Assembly: GCA_963706575.1 (NCBI GenBank)
Contig: CAVPNL010000015.1
Coordinates: forward strand, 1-64,000
Length of the DNA stretch: 64,000 bases
From: an uncultured delta proteobacterium
GTDB lineage: Bacteria > Desulfobacterota > Desulfobacteria > Desulfobacterales > JAHEIW01
Direction of reading: 5' to 3'
Part shown: positions 19,837-28,915 of the stretch, piece after piece
Numbering within the stretch: the stretch's first letter is position 1
How the letters are laid out: each line of letters begins with the position of its first letter
Made by a program: the position numbers and the translations under genes
Notes under the pieces: model-generated
The model's input: the letters and a program-made list of their open reading frames with translations, nothing else
What the model was told of the DNA's origin: nothing
The model's database searches: none

Positions 19837-21060
19837 CTAGTTGTCCGGGGTATAATTCACCAGCGCCGCCGTTTCCCCCATTAGCCGGTGCTGTTCAAAT
19901 CGACGCAGGCTGAAAGGCTTGAGCATATCGGGGCAATTTCCGCTGGCCAAGAATTGCGCCATATATTTACCGGCGGCGGCACAGGATTTGAAACCAAAAT
20001 ATCCCCAGCCACAATCCATGAAATAGCCTTCAATCGGATCGTTGCCATCCATAATGGGGGCCATGTCCGGAGTCATATCCGCCAAACCGGCCCAGTGCCG
20101 CATGAATTTAACCCCCCTTAAACATGGCAGCATCTCGGCAAGCGCTTCGGCCTGGTGCTTGATGTAATAAGCGGTCGTTTGGGTCGTATAATTCGGCCAG
20201 GCATCCATGTGAGCGCCGGTGGCAATTTCACCTTTAAGGGTCTGATTGGCATAGGCATGATAGGTGCCCGATGAAACCACATGGTTCAAAATCGGTTTCA
20301 GCGGCTGTGTGACCATGGCCTGAATGGTCAGGACGCTGATCGGCAGCTTTAGTCCCAGCATGGCGTATGAAAGGGCGGCCGAGTAACCGCCGGCCGCATT
20401 TAAAACCCGCGGGGTTTTTATTTTGCCCTTATCGGTTTCAACGGAAACGATTTTATTGTTTTCAACACCGATTCCGGTCACCTCGGTTTGCTGATGAATG
20501 TGCACCCCGTGTTTGGCAGCACCCTTTGCCAGTCCCCAGACGATGGCATCGTGGCGCAGAATCCCGCCCGGCGGATGATACATGGCGCCAAAAATCGGAT
20601 AGGTCATATCCTCTGAGATATTAAGGGCCGGGACCATCTCCTTGCATTGTTTGGCATCGATCAGATGGCTCTCAACCCCGTGAAATTGTGCGGTGGCAAC
20701 ATTCATCCGCGCGGCATTCATGGCGGCTTCGCTGTGCATCAGGTTCAGGTTGCCGCAATTATAAAACATCAGGTTGTAATCGAGTTCTTTTGTCAGGATG
20801 GGCCATAGATCAAGGGCTTCCTTATAAAGGGGTACATTTTCCTGGGTTCGCTGGTTGGCGCGCACAATGGCGGTGTTTCGCCCGGATCCGCCAAATCCAA
20901 GGTAGCGTTTTTCAATGACGGCCACATTACGCATGCTGTGTTGCTGCGCTAGAAAATATGCAGCCGCGAGTCCATGCAAACCACCACCGATGATAACGGC
21001 ATCATAATTTGATTTGAGCGATGGTTTTTCGCCCCACAGGGGTTTGTATTTGCCAAGCAT
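19837..21060 (-). CDS. soxB: Sarcosine oxidase beta subunit
   Basis: IIGGGLHGLAAAYFLA, GGSGRNTAIVR, RHDA (flavin-binding His region), ADMTPD, GWGYFGFK. Confidence 0.92.
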   Translation of the reverse strand: MLGKYKPLWGEKPSLKSNYDAVIIGGGLHGLAAAYFLAQQHSMRNVAVIEKRYLGFGGSGRNTAIVRANQRTQENVPLYKEALDLWPILTKELDYNLMFYNCGNLNLMHSEAAMNAARMNVATAQFHGVESHLIDAKQCKEMVPALNISEDMTYPIFGAMYHPPGGILRHDAIVWGLAKGAAKHGVHIHQQTEVTGIGVENNKIVSVETDKGKIKTPRVLNAAGGYSAALSYAMLGLKLPISVLTIQAMVTQPLKPILNHVVSSGTYHAYANQTLKGEIATGAHMDAWPNYTTQTTAYYIKHQAEALAEMLPCLRGVKFMRHWAGLADMTPDMAPIMDGNDPIEGYFMDCGWGYFGFKSCAAAGKYMAQFLASGNCPDMLKPFSLRRFEQHRLMGETAALVNYTPDN

Positions 21061-21154
21061 CGGAAACTCTCCCTTATCTGGTTAACGAGTCGGAATTTCT
21101 ACAATCCATAGGAATTATAGTAGTTTTTGCGGTCATCTTCTTGGTGTGCCGCCT

Positions 21155-21283
21155 GGAATGATGGAAAAGTGGAATGTTCGAATATTGGGAATAGAAAACA
21201 GAAAACCTGTGCATGAATATCTGCTTCGTGTTTTGTTTTTTTTAAACCCATCATTGCACGATTCCAACATTCCATTATTCCAA
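21155..21283. repeat. Inverted 8-bp repeat array (TGGAATGA / TATTCCAA family)
   Basis: GGAATGATGGAAAAGTGGAATGTTCGAATATTGGG ... CCCATCATTGCACGATTCCAACATTCCATTATTCC. Confidence 0.65.
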
Positions 21284-21503
21284 TTACGAGCGATGCGAAA
21301 TAAATTCCGTTTATTCTGATCGGCCCGATTGCCAACGACGTTCTTAGAGACCCTATGATAATGAAATGAAAAATGTCAAGAAAAAAAACGAAGATGAAAT
21401 AAAATTTTTCTAAAAAAACTTGACAAATCGTATAACATACTTGATATTAAATGAAATTCAATTATTTACCAATTTGATTGACTGTTAATACAATTTTTAA
21501 TTT

Positions 21504-21541
21504 TGAAATATTTCTTTCATTTTCAAATATTTCTTTCATTT
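21504..21541. promoter_or_regulatory. Candidate operator in the divergent soxB/RpiR promoter
   Basis: TGAAA-N6-TTTCA palindrome at 21504-21519 inside a direct repeat of AAATATTTCTTTCATTT (21506, 21525); TTGACA at 21420. Confidence 0.4.
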
Positions 21542-21588
21542 ATGACGGATTTTTTGAACAAATTTATTGAGCAGACAAGGGAAACGCA

Positions 21589-22476
21589 ATGAAGGAACAC
21601 CAAAACCGCTTAACGATGAAGGGCATTCTGGAGCAGCACCCTACCCTGACGCCCAAAGCCCGTATTCTTGGCGATTACATTGTCAATCATCCGCGCAAAG
21701 CGGTATTTATGACCACCAAAGAGCTGGCAACGGCCTGTCAGGTCAGTGAAGCGACGGTGGTTCGATTTGTCAGCCAGCTGGGTTATGAGGGATATGGCGC
21801 ATTCCAGCAAGCATTAAGAGATTTCGTCGACCGTGAATTAACGATGCTGGAGCGCACGGATATGGCAGCCGGCGCCGGTGAAGGAATGGACCGCCTCCGC
21901 CGGGTGGTGTCTGAGGAGATGGACAACCTCAAACAATTTTTTGAAACGGTGGAAATGGGCACCTTACAAAAAGTGACCGATTACCTGGAAAAAAGCCCGG
22001 CCGTATATATCATCGGTTCCCGTCTGTCCTATACGTTTGCTTATTACCTGGGCTGGTCACTGACCAAGGTCAGGTCAGGTGTCCACATATTAAAGGGCAG
22101 CGACAGCACTGCAATCGACTGGTTGACCATCTCGGCCCCGCAGAGTCTGGTGGTCATCATTGCAACTTCCCGTTATCCCAATGAGCTCATCAAGCTGGGC
22201 AGAATGGCGCGCCGGTTGGATCGAACGCTGCTCGTGATTACAGACAGCTCACTTTGTCCGCTGACCCAATTTGCCCACCTGGCCCTGGTGGCTCCCGCCA
22301 AAAACATCCCCTTCATCGGGAGCCCGACAACGATTTCCTGCATCATCAACTATCTTGTCTTGGAGCTGGCCAGCCGCGACGGCACTCGGCTCAAGGACCA
22401 TCAGGGAAAACTTGAACAGGCCTATCGAGAAAATGACATTTTGTTTAACTTACGCGGAGATGAAATTGTTCCATGA
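21589..22476 (+). CDS. RpiR/MurR family transcriptional regulator
   Basis: HTH ELATACQVSEATVVRFVSQLGYEGY followed by a SIS domain (SRYP, VITDS..CPL). Confidence 0.92.
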   Translation: MKEHQNRLTMKGILEQHPTLTPKARILGDYIVNHPRKAVFMTTKELATACQVSEATVVRFVSQLGYEGYGAFQQALRDFVDRELTMLERTDMAAGAGEGMDRLRRVVSEEMDNLKQFFETVEMGTLQKVTDYLEKSPAVYIIGSRLSYTFAYYLGWSLTKVRSGVHILKGSDSTAIDWLTISAPQSLVVIIATSRYPNELIKLGRMARRLDRTLLVITDSSLCPLTQFAHLALVAPAKNIPFIGSPTTISCIINYLVLELASRDGTRLKDHQGKLEQAYRENDILFNLRGDEIVP

Positions 22477-22540
22477 CGGACCGCATGAATAACAACGCCT
22501 TGCCGCATCAGCTTGAACCCGACTGACAGGAGGAAAGCCA

Positions 22541-23971
22541 ATGTATGATCGAATGCCGACGCTTAGCAAAGCGCAAATGACAAAAATCCATGATGCCGCT
22601 ATGAATATCCTTTCCAACGTGGGGGTGGCCTTTAATGAAGAGGAATCTCTGGATATCTTTAAGAAAAACGGTTTCAAGGTGGATGGAAAAACCGTCTTTT
22701 TTACCGAAAACGAGGTTCGCGGCGCCTTGGAATCAGCACCGCAGCGTTTCACGCTTGCCGCCCGAAATCCGGCCAACAGCGTTCAATTGGGAGACGACGA
22801 TTTTGCGTTCGTCCCCGGCTATGGCGCTCCGTTTGTCATTACATCCGATGGCCGCAGACGGGATGCCACCATGGAAGACTATGATAATTTCTGCAAATTG
22901 GTTCAGACCTCCAAATATATTGACATGAACGGGTTTATGATGGTGGAACCTTCCGATATTCCACCGGAGACGGCTCATCTGGATATGCTTTTATCCAGTA
23001 TTGTCCTATGCGACAAACCGTTTATGGGCAGCCCGGTCTCCAAAGAAGGGGCGCGGGATGCCATCGAAATGGCCGGTCTGGTCTGGGGCGGCAAAGATAA
23101 AATCAAGGAAACACCGGTAACGGTTTCTTTGATCAACTCTTTATCCCCGCTGCAGTTTTCGGAAGAAATGGCGGGTTCGCTCATCGAGCTGGCGCGCTAC
23201 GGACAAGCGTGTGTTCTGGCCTCACTGGCCATGGCCGGAGCTTCCGGCCCTGTTGAGCTTGCAGGCGTCCTGGCCATGCAGAATGCTGAGATTCTGGCCG
23301 GTTTGACGTTGGCTCAGCTTGTCAGACCGGGCGTCCCCATCATCTATGGCTCCACCTCGTCACCCATGGACATGCGAACGGGCGGCCTGTCCATTGGCGC
23401 CCCGGAACTTTCCATGATTGTGTCCTGCACGGCCCAGATGGCCCGTTTCTACCACCTGCCCAGTCGCAGCGGCGGCGGTCTGACCGATGCCAACTTTCCG
23501 GATGCCCAGGCCGGCATCGAATCGGCCATGGCCCTTATGACTGCGGCTCGCAATGGGATCAACTTCATCCTACACGCCTGCGGGATTCTGGGTGCCTACG
23601 TTGCCATGAGTTACGAGAAATTTATCATCGATGAAGAACTTTGCGGAATGGTAAAAAAACTAATTGAACCCATTGAAATCAGCGATGCGACCCTTGACCT
23701 GGCAACCATCGAGGAAGTGGGCATCGGCGGCAACTATCTGACCCAGCCCAAAACCTTTGAACTTTGCCGCACGGCATTTTTTCTTCCCGAATTGATGACC
23801 GTGCAGGATTATGACGGCTGGCAGAGCAAAGGCGGCAAACGCACCGATGAGCGGGCCTCGGACTTGTTGAATAAACGATTGGCCAATTACGAGAAACCGG
23901 ACATCGATCCAGCCATAGAGTCGGAATTATCCGAGTATGTCACCCGGCGCAAAACCGGACGCAGTAAATAA
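22541..23971 (+). CDS. Non-pyrrolysine MttB-superfamily methyltransferase, MtgB (glycine betaine:corrinoid)-like
   Basis: IHDAAMNIL, PGYGAPFV, DKPFMG, INSLSPL, QNAEILAG, DMRTG..SIGAPE, LPSRSGGGLTD...DAQAG; Leu at the Pyl-equivalent site. Confidence 0.9.
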   Translation: MYDRMPTLSKAQMTKIHDAAMNILSNVGVAFNEEESLDIFKKNGFKVDGKTVFFTENEVRGALESAPQRFTLAARNPANSVQLGDDDFAFVPGYGAPFVITSDGRRRDATMEDYDNFCKLVQTSKYIDMNGFMMVEPSDIPPETAHLDMLLSSIVLCDKPFMGSPVSKEGARDAIEMAGLVWGGKDKIKETPVTVSLINSLSPLQFSEEMAGSLIELARYGQACVLASLAMAGASGPVELAGVLAMQNAEILAGLTLAQLVRPGVPIIYGSTSSPMDMRTGGLSIGAPELSMIVSCTAQMARFYHLPSRSGGGLTDANFPDAQAGIESAMALMTAARNGINFILHACGILGAYVAMSYEKFIIDEELCGMVKKLIEPIEISDATLDLATIEEVGIGGNYLTQPKTFELCRTAFFLPELMTVQDYDGWQSKGGKRTDERASDLLNKRLANYEKPDIDPAIESELSEYVTRRKTGRSK

Positions 23972-24094
23972 TGGCAGGGCGGGGATTTAATTTTCCGATT
24001 TTATAATTAAAAATTCCTCTTGCCAATCGTTGTAATTCGTGGTTTAAAAAACAACCGCATAACGATTTAAGTATCAAATATTATTCGTTTTTTT

Positions 24095-24109
24095 TGGCAT
24101 GTCTATTGC
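24095..24109 (+). promoter_or_regulatory. Sigma54 (-24/-12) promoter
   Basis: TGGCATG-TCTA-TTGC matches TGGCACG-N4-TTGC with exact spacing, upstream of the 24370 operon. Confidence 0.65.
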
Positions 24110-24139
24110 CCTGATAACCCATAGTTTTTTGCTCTATAG

Positions 24140-24309
24140 ATAAGTTGTAAAATGATTGTCACTCCCGCACAGAGCCTGCCCCCGTGTAGATGGGGGCGGG
24201 AGTCCAGTTCAAAGACGCCTGGATTCCCGCATGCGCGGGAATGGCAAGTGGGTAGCAGGCCACTGTATTTGATACTATTTTAGATAATATTTGTGGGACA
24301 CAACGCCAG
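24140..24309. mobile_element. MITE-like element with double-hairpin core (one end lost)
   Basis: GTCACTCCCGC...GCGGGAGTCCAG...CTGGATTCCCGCATGCGCGGGAATG and terminal TTTGTGGGACACAAC; inverted homologue of 43900-44065. Confidence 0.7.
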
Positions 24310-24369
24310 GGGCTAGGCACCCTTTTTAGTACAAGGACCGAATATTTACACCAAAGGAGAAAAAAACCA

Positions 24370-26787
24370 ATGAAAACACAGGCGAGAGTTGTCGTGATCG
24401 GTGGCGGGGCCATCGGTACCAGCGTTCTGTATCATCTGGCCAAATATGGATGGCAGGACGTTGTGCTGGTGGAAAAACATGAACTGACATCCGGCTCGAC
24501 CTGGCTGGCGGCCGGTAATTGCTCGTTCTTTCATTCAAGCTACTATTGCACCCGGGTCAACATGAAAAGCATCGAGCTCTACCAGAAGCTTGAAGAAGAA
24601 ACCGGGCAAACCACCGGCTGGCACACCACCGGATCCATTCGCACCGCGGATAACCCGGGTCGCATGGACGAACTGGGCTATTACTACAGCATGAACCGCT
24701 GTCTGGGATTAGATGTTCAGAAAGTCAGCCCCCAGGAGATCGCCGCGCTGCACCCCTTAATGCATGTGGACGGCCTGCTGGGGGGGCTTTACTGGCCCGA
24801 CGACGGCGACGTGGATCCCAGCGGCATCTGCCAGGCAATGGCGATCGCCGCCAAAAAATACGGCGCAGAGATCTATATCCACACCCAGGTGACCGGCATC
24901 AGCCAAAAGCCCAACGACGAATGGGTCGTCCATACCGATAAGGGCGATATCACCTGTGAAGCGGTGGTCAACGCCGGCGGCCTGTGGGCGCCGCAGGTGG
25001 CAGCCATGGCGGGAATAGAGATCCCCTCCATCGCCATTGAGCATACCCACATCCTCTTTGAAGCCATCGGTGTTGTGGAAGAACGGGAGCGCATGCTGCC
25101 CCTTGTGCGTGATCCGGACCGCTCGATTTATGTCCGGCAGGAAATGGATAGCCTGATCCTCGGCATGTACGAGAAGGTTGGAAAACAGTGGTTCCCGGAA
25201 GGCGTTCCCTGGGATTATGCCCAGACGGAGCTGCCCGAGGATGTCGACAATGTCGCCGAAAACGTCGAGCACGGCATCTTCCGCTTTCCTGTTTTGGGGG
25301 AAACCGGCTTTAAACACGTCACCGTCGGCCCCATCACCTACACGCCCACCGGCGACCCCCTGGTGGGGCCCGCCTATCCCTTGAAAAACTTTTTCCAGGC
25401 CTGCGGTTACAGTTTCGGCATCACCCAGGCCGGCGGTATCGGTCACTACCTGGCCGGCTGGATCATGGAAGGAGAGCCGGAGATTGACATGTGGCACGTC
25501 GACAGCCGTCGTTTCGGTTCTTATGCCAACTGGGCTTACAACCACGAAAAAATCGCCGATACCTATCCGCGCCTGTACAGCACTTTTTTCCCGAATGAAT
25601 TTCGGGATGCCGCCCGACCCAACCGCACCAGCCCCATTTATGAATATCAGAAAGAGGCCGGCGCGGTTTTTGGTGACTACTACGGCTGGGAGTGTCCCAA
25701 TTATTTTACCACTGATGAGGCCGACCGCTACGAAACACCGAGCTGGCGCCGATCCAATGCCTTCAAGCACGTCGCTCAGGAGTGCCAGCACGTTATGAAG
25801 CATGCGGGCCTGTTGGACCTCACGCGCTTTGCCAAAACCCGCTTCAGCGGGCCCGGCGCCGAAGCCTGGCTGAACCAGATGACCTGCCAGCGGGTGCCCA
25901 CCCGGGACGGGTGCATCGCGCTGTCGCCCATTCTGGATCAAAACGGCGCTTTCAAGACCGATATGACCATCACCAAAATAAAAGATAGCGAGTATTTCTG
26001 TGTTACCGCCAGTTTAGGCAAACGCCACGACCAGCATGGGATGCTGCTGAACCTGCCCACTGACGGTTCGGTGCTGATGGAAGATCTCACCTACAAGCTG
26101 GGCTGTTTTGTCATCGTCGGCCCTGAAAGCCGAAACCTTCTGGCAAAAGTCGCTTACGGCGATGTCTCCAACGAGGCCATACCATTCGGCACCAGCAAAG
26201 AAATTTACGTGGGCCGCGTCAAGTGCCAGGTCAATCGCATGAGCTATGTCGGTGAGATGGGTTACGAAATCTTCCATCCGATCGAGAGTCAGATTGCGGT
26301 GTTCAAGACGCTGATGGAAGCCGGCGCGGAATTTGAGCTGAAAATGTTTGGCATGCACGCCATGGACTCCATGCGTCTGGAAAAAGGGTATCTGGCCTGG
26401 AAGTCCGAAATGAATGTCCATCACACCCCGCTGGAGACCAGTCTGGCCTGGACGGTCAAATGGGATAAGGATTTTATCGGCAAAGCAGCTCTGGAAAAGG
26501 TCAAAGCCGAAGGGGTCAAGCAACAGCTGGTCTGCATGGTGGTCGAGGCCGATGATGCCGATCCATGGGGCTATAACCCTATTTTTAATGGCGACGAACA
26601 GGTCGGCATGACCTCATCCGGCGGATACGGTCACCGGGTGGGTAAAAGCATCGCCTTCGGTTATGTCCCGCCCGGATTAACCGATCCCGGCACGAAGCTG
26701 GCGGTTGAAATATTGGGCGAGATGCGGCCGGCCGAAGTCGTCGTAACACCGCTCTATGATCCCGCCAACGAGAAGATGAAGGCGTGA
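24370..26787 (+). CDS. Dimethylglycine/sarcosine dehydrogenase-like flavoprotein (DAO plus GcvT domains)
   Basis: VVIGGGAIG, ELTSGSTWLAAG, DGDVDP, VVNAGGLWA, GPITYTP, GITQAGG, GWECPNYF, SYVGEMGYE, SMRLEKGY, TSSGGYGH. Confidence 0.88.
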   Translation: MKTQARVVVIGGGAIGTSVLYHLAKYGWQDVVLVEKHELTSGSTWLAAGNCSFFHSSYYCTRVNMKSIELYQKLEEETGQTTGWHTTGSIRTADNPGRMDELGYYYSMNRCLGLDVQKVSPQEIAALHPLMHVDGLLGGLYWPDDGDVDPSGICQAMAIAAKKYGAEIYIHTQVTGISQKPNDEWVVHTDKGDITCEAVVNAGGLWAPQVAAMAGIEIPSIAIEHTHILFEAIGVVEERERMLPLVRDPDRSIYVRQEMDSLILGMYEKVGKQWFPEGVPWDYAQTELPEDVDNVAENVEHGIFRFPVLGETGFKHVTVGPITYTPTGDPLVGPAYPLKNFFQACGYSFGITQAGGIGHYLAGWIMEGEPEIDMWHVDSRRFGSYANWAYNHEKIADTYPRLYSTFFPNEFRDAARPNRTSPIYEYQKEAGAVFGDYYGWECPNYFTTDEADRYETPSWRRSNAFKHVAQECQHVMKHAGLLDLTRFAKTRFSGPGAEAWLNQMTCQRVPTRDGCIALSPILDQNGAFKTDMTITKIKDSEYFCVTASLGKRHDQHGMLLNLPTDGSVLMEDLTYKLGCFVIVGPESRNLLAKVAYGDVSNEAIPFGTSKEIYVGRVKCQVNRMSYVGEMGYEIFHPIESQIAVFKTLMEAGAEFELKMFGMHAMDSMRLEKGYLAWKSEMNVHHTPLETSLAWTVKWDKDFIGKAALEKVKAEGVKQQLVCMVVEADDADPWGYNPIFNGDEQVGMTSSGGYGHRVGKSIAFGYVPPGLTDPGTKLAVEILGEMRPAEVVVTPLYDPANEKMKA

Positions 26788-26840
26788 TGCGCTATTTTTT
26801 TAACTAGAACCTATCTCAAAAAAGACAAAAGGATGTGATA

Positions 26841-27620
26841 ATGCAGATCTATGTGTGTGTGAAACATGTTCCGGATACAGCGGCGACCATTAATATCGTC
26901 GGTGACACGGGTTATAAGGACACGGCCTGCAAGTTCATTATCAACCCGTATGACGAATATGCCGTGGAGGAGGCCGTGCAGCGGGTTGAAAAGGCGGGCA
27001 GCGGCGAAGTGATTGTGGTCACGGTGGGTCCTGAAGCTGCCGTCTCGACCATGCGGGCTGCCATGGCCATGGGCGCCCACCGCGGAATCCTCGTAAAGGT
27101 CCAGGGCCAGTTTCTGGACAGCACTCTGACAAGTCTGGCGCTCAAGGCCGCCATCGAGCAGGATGGAGACGGAGCGCCGGATGTCATCTTCACCGGTAAA
27201 AATGCGGTGGACACCGAAGGATTCCAAACCCAGTATCGTCTGGCCGCGGCCATGAACCTGCCGATAGTCAGTGAGGTCGTCAAACTTGAAATCCACAATG
27301 GCCAGGCGGTCGTCGAACGGGAAATCGGCGGCGGAACCCGGGAGGTGCTGGAGATGAAACTGCCCTGCATCATCGGGGCCACCAAAGGTCTTAACGAGCC
27401 GCGTTACCCGAAATTTCCGGATATCATGAAAGCCAAAAAGAAGGAGATCAAGGAAATTGATTTTGATCAGCTGGGACTGGATACGTCCGTTGACCAAACG
27501 GAGCTGCTAAAGCTCGAAGCGGTGCCGGAAAGATCCAGCGCTCAGATTATGCAGGGCTCGATCCGCGAACAGGTGACTGAACTGGTTCGGATTCTCAGGG
27601 AGGATGATAAGGTCCTGTGA
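26841..27620 (+). CDS. etfB: Electron transfer flavoprotein beta subunit (copy 2)
   Basis: MQIYVCVKHVPD, INPYDEYAVEEA, AMAMGA, NEPRYP. Confidence 0.92.
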   Translation: MQIYVCVKHVPDTAATINIVGDTGYKDTACKFIINPYDEYAVEEAVQRVEKAGSGEVIVVTVGPEAAVSTMRAAMAMGAHRGILVKVQGQFLDSTLTSLALKAAIEQDGDGAPDVIFTGKNAVDTEGFQTQYRLAAAMNLPIVSEVVKLEIHNGQAVVEREIGGGTREVLEMKLPCIIGATKGLNEPRYPKFPDIMKAKKKEIKEIDFDQLGLDTSVDQTELLKLEAVPERSSAQIMQGSIREQVTELVRILREDDKVL

Positions 27621-27708
27621 ACGAGGGGCAAAGCTTTTTCTCTTTTGATATGTGAACAAGCATTCAGGGTGCAACCCGAGCTGAAGGTAATGATAGGAGA
27701 CAACTCAG

Positions 27709-28671
27709 ATGGCCAAAATAGGCGTATTGATTGAAACGGAAAAAGACGAGATAAAGAAGACAAATTTCGGCACCATCACCGCCGCGCGGGATGGCGGCAA
27801 AAACGAAGTGGTCGCATTGTTGCTGGGTGTCGATGCAAATCCGATGCAAGAAGAACTGGCCGTGTACGGCGCGCAGAAAATCGTGCAGGTTGGCGTCGAC
27901 GGCGCTGACCTCCTCTCCAGCCCTGATTTACAGGCCAGGGCGCTGGCGGATGTCATTCATCATTTCGCACTGGAGGGACTTATCGGTCTTGCCAGCGCCA
28001 GGGGCCGGGACGTGTTTGCCCGGCTAAGCGCCGTGTTAAACGTCACCCTGGCTTCCGACTGCGTGGGGGTTAATTTTGATGACAAGACGGTCCGAAAGTC
28101 CCATTTCTCTGGGAAGACCACCGCGACCGTCAAACTGAACTCGGATCTGCTGCTGTGCGCCCTGCGGCCCAATGCAATCGAGGCTGAAAAGGCCCCGGCG
28201 GATGCGCAGGTCGAAAGCTACGCTGCCAGCGCCGAGGATCCGGGTCTGGTCAAAATATTAGAGGTCAAAAAGGGTGGCTCCCAAAAAATGGACCTCACCG
28301 AGGCCGACGTCATCATTACCGGCGGTCGACCCATTGAAGCCGCCGAGAACTACAAAATGCTCGATGAATGCGCCGAGCTGCTGGGCGCCGCGGTGGGCGC
28401 CTCCCGGGCCGCCGTCGACGCCGGCTTTGCACCGCATTCGATGCAGGTGGGCCAGACCGGAAAGACCGTGAGCCCCAGACTTTACATCGGCTGCGGCCTG
28501 TCGGGTTCAGTCCAGCATTTTGCCGGCATGAAAACCTCAAAAGTCATCGTGGGGATCAACACCGACAAAGATGCACCGATTTTCCAAAAATGTGATTACG
28601 GCATCATTGCGGATATGTTTGAGGTCGTGCCGGTGCTAACGGAAGTCCTGCGGGAGCAAGCCGGGCAATAA
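27709..28671 (+). CDS. etfA: Electron transfer flavoprotein alpha subunit (copy 2)
   Basis: [41 protein letters not shown]. Confidence 0.92.
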   Translation: MAKIGVLIETEKDEIKKTNFGTITAARDGGKNEVVALLLGVDANPMQEELAVYGAQKIVQVGVDGADLLSSPDLQARALADVIHHFALEGLIGLASARGRDVFARLSAVLNVTLASDCVGVNFDDKTVRKSHFSGKTTATVKLNSDLLLCALRPNAIEAEKAPADAQVESYAASAEDPGLVKILEVKKGGSQKMDLTEADVIITGGRPIEAAENYKMLDECAELLGAAVGASRAAVDAGFAPHSMQVGQTGKTVSPRLYIGCGLSGSVQHFAGMKTSKVIVGINTDKDAPIFQKCDYGIIADMFEVVPVLTEVLREQAGQ

Positions 28672-28675
28672 AAAT

Positions 28676-28873
28676 GGTTTCTGGTGTCGGGTGTCAGCTC
28701 TCGGGTTCAGGGTTCTGGCTACCGGTCCGAGATTTTAGTCGATTCGTTAATTGGTTGAATGGTTAAATAGTTAAAAATGGATTAAATCATCTGACTAATT
28801 GACTATTCAACCAATCAACCATCATTTAACTATACCTTCTGTCCCAGGAAATCTGACACCCGACACCTGAAAC
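28676..28873. repeat. Nested inverted short-repeat element
   Basis: Outer GGTTTCTGGTGTCGGGTGTCAG ... CTGACACCCGACACCTGAAAC; inner TTGGTTGAAT...ATTCAACCAA 8-mer arrays. Confidence 0.65.
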
Positions 28874-28915
28874 TAACATTGTTGAAAAAGAAGAAGGATT
28901 GTCGAGGGGCAATAG

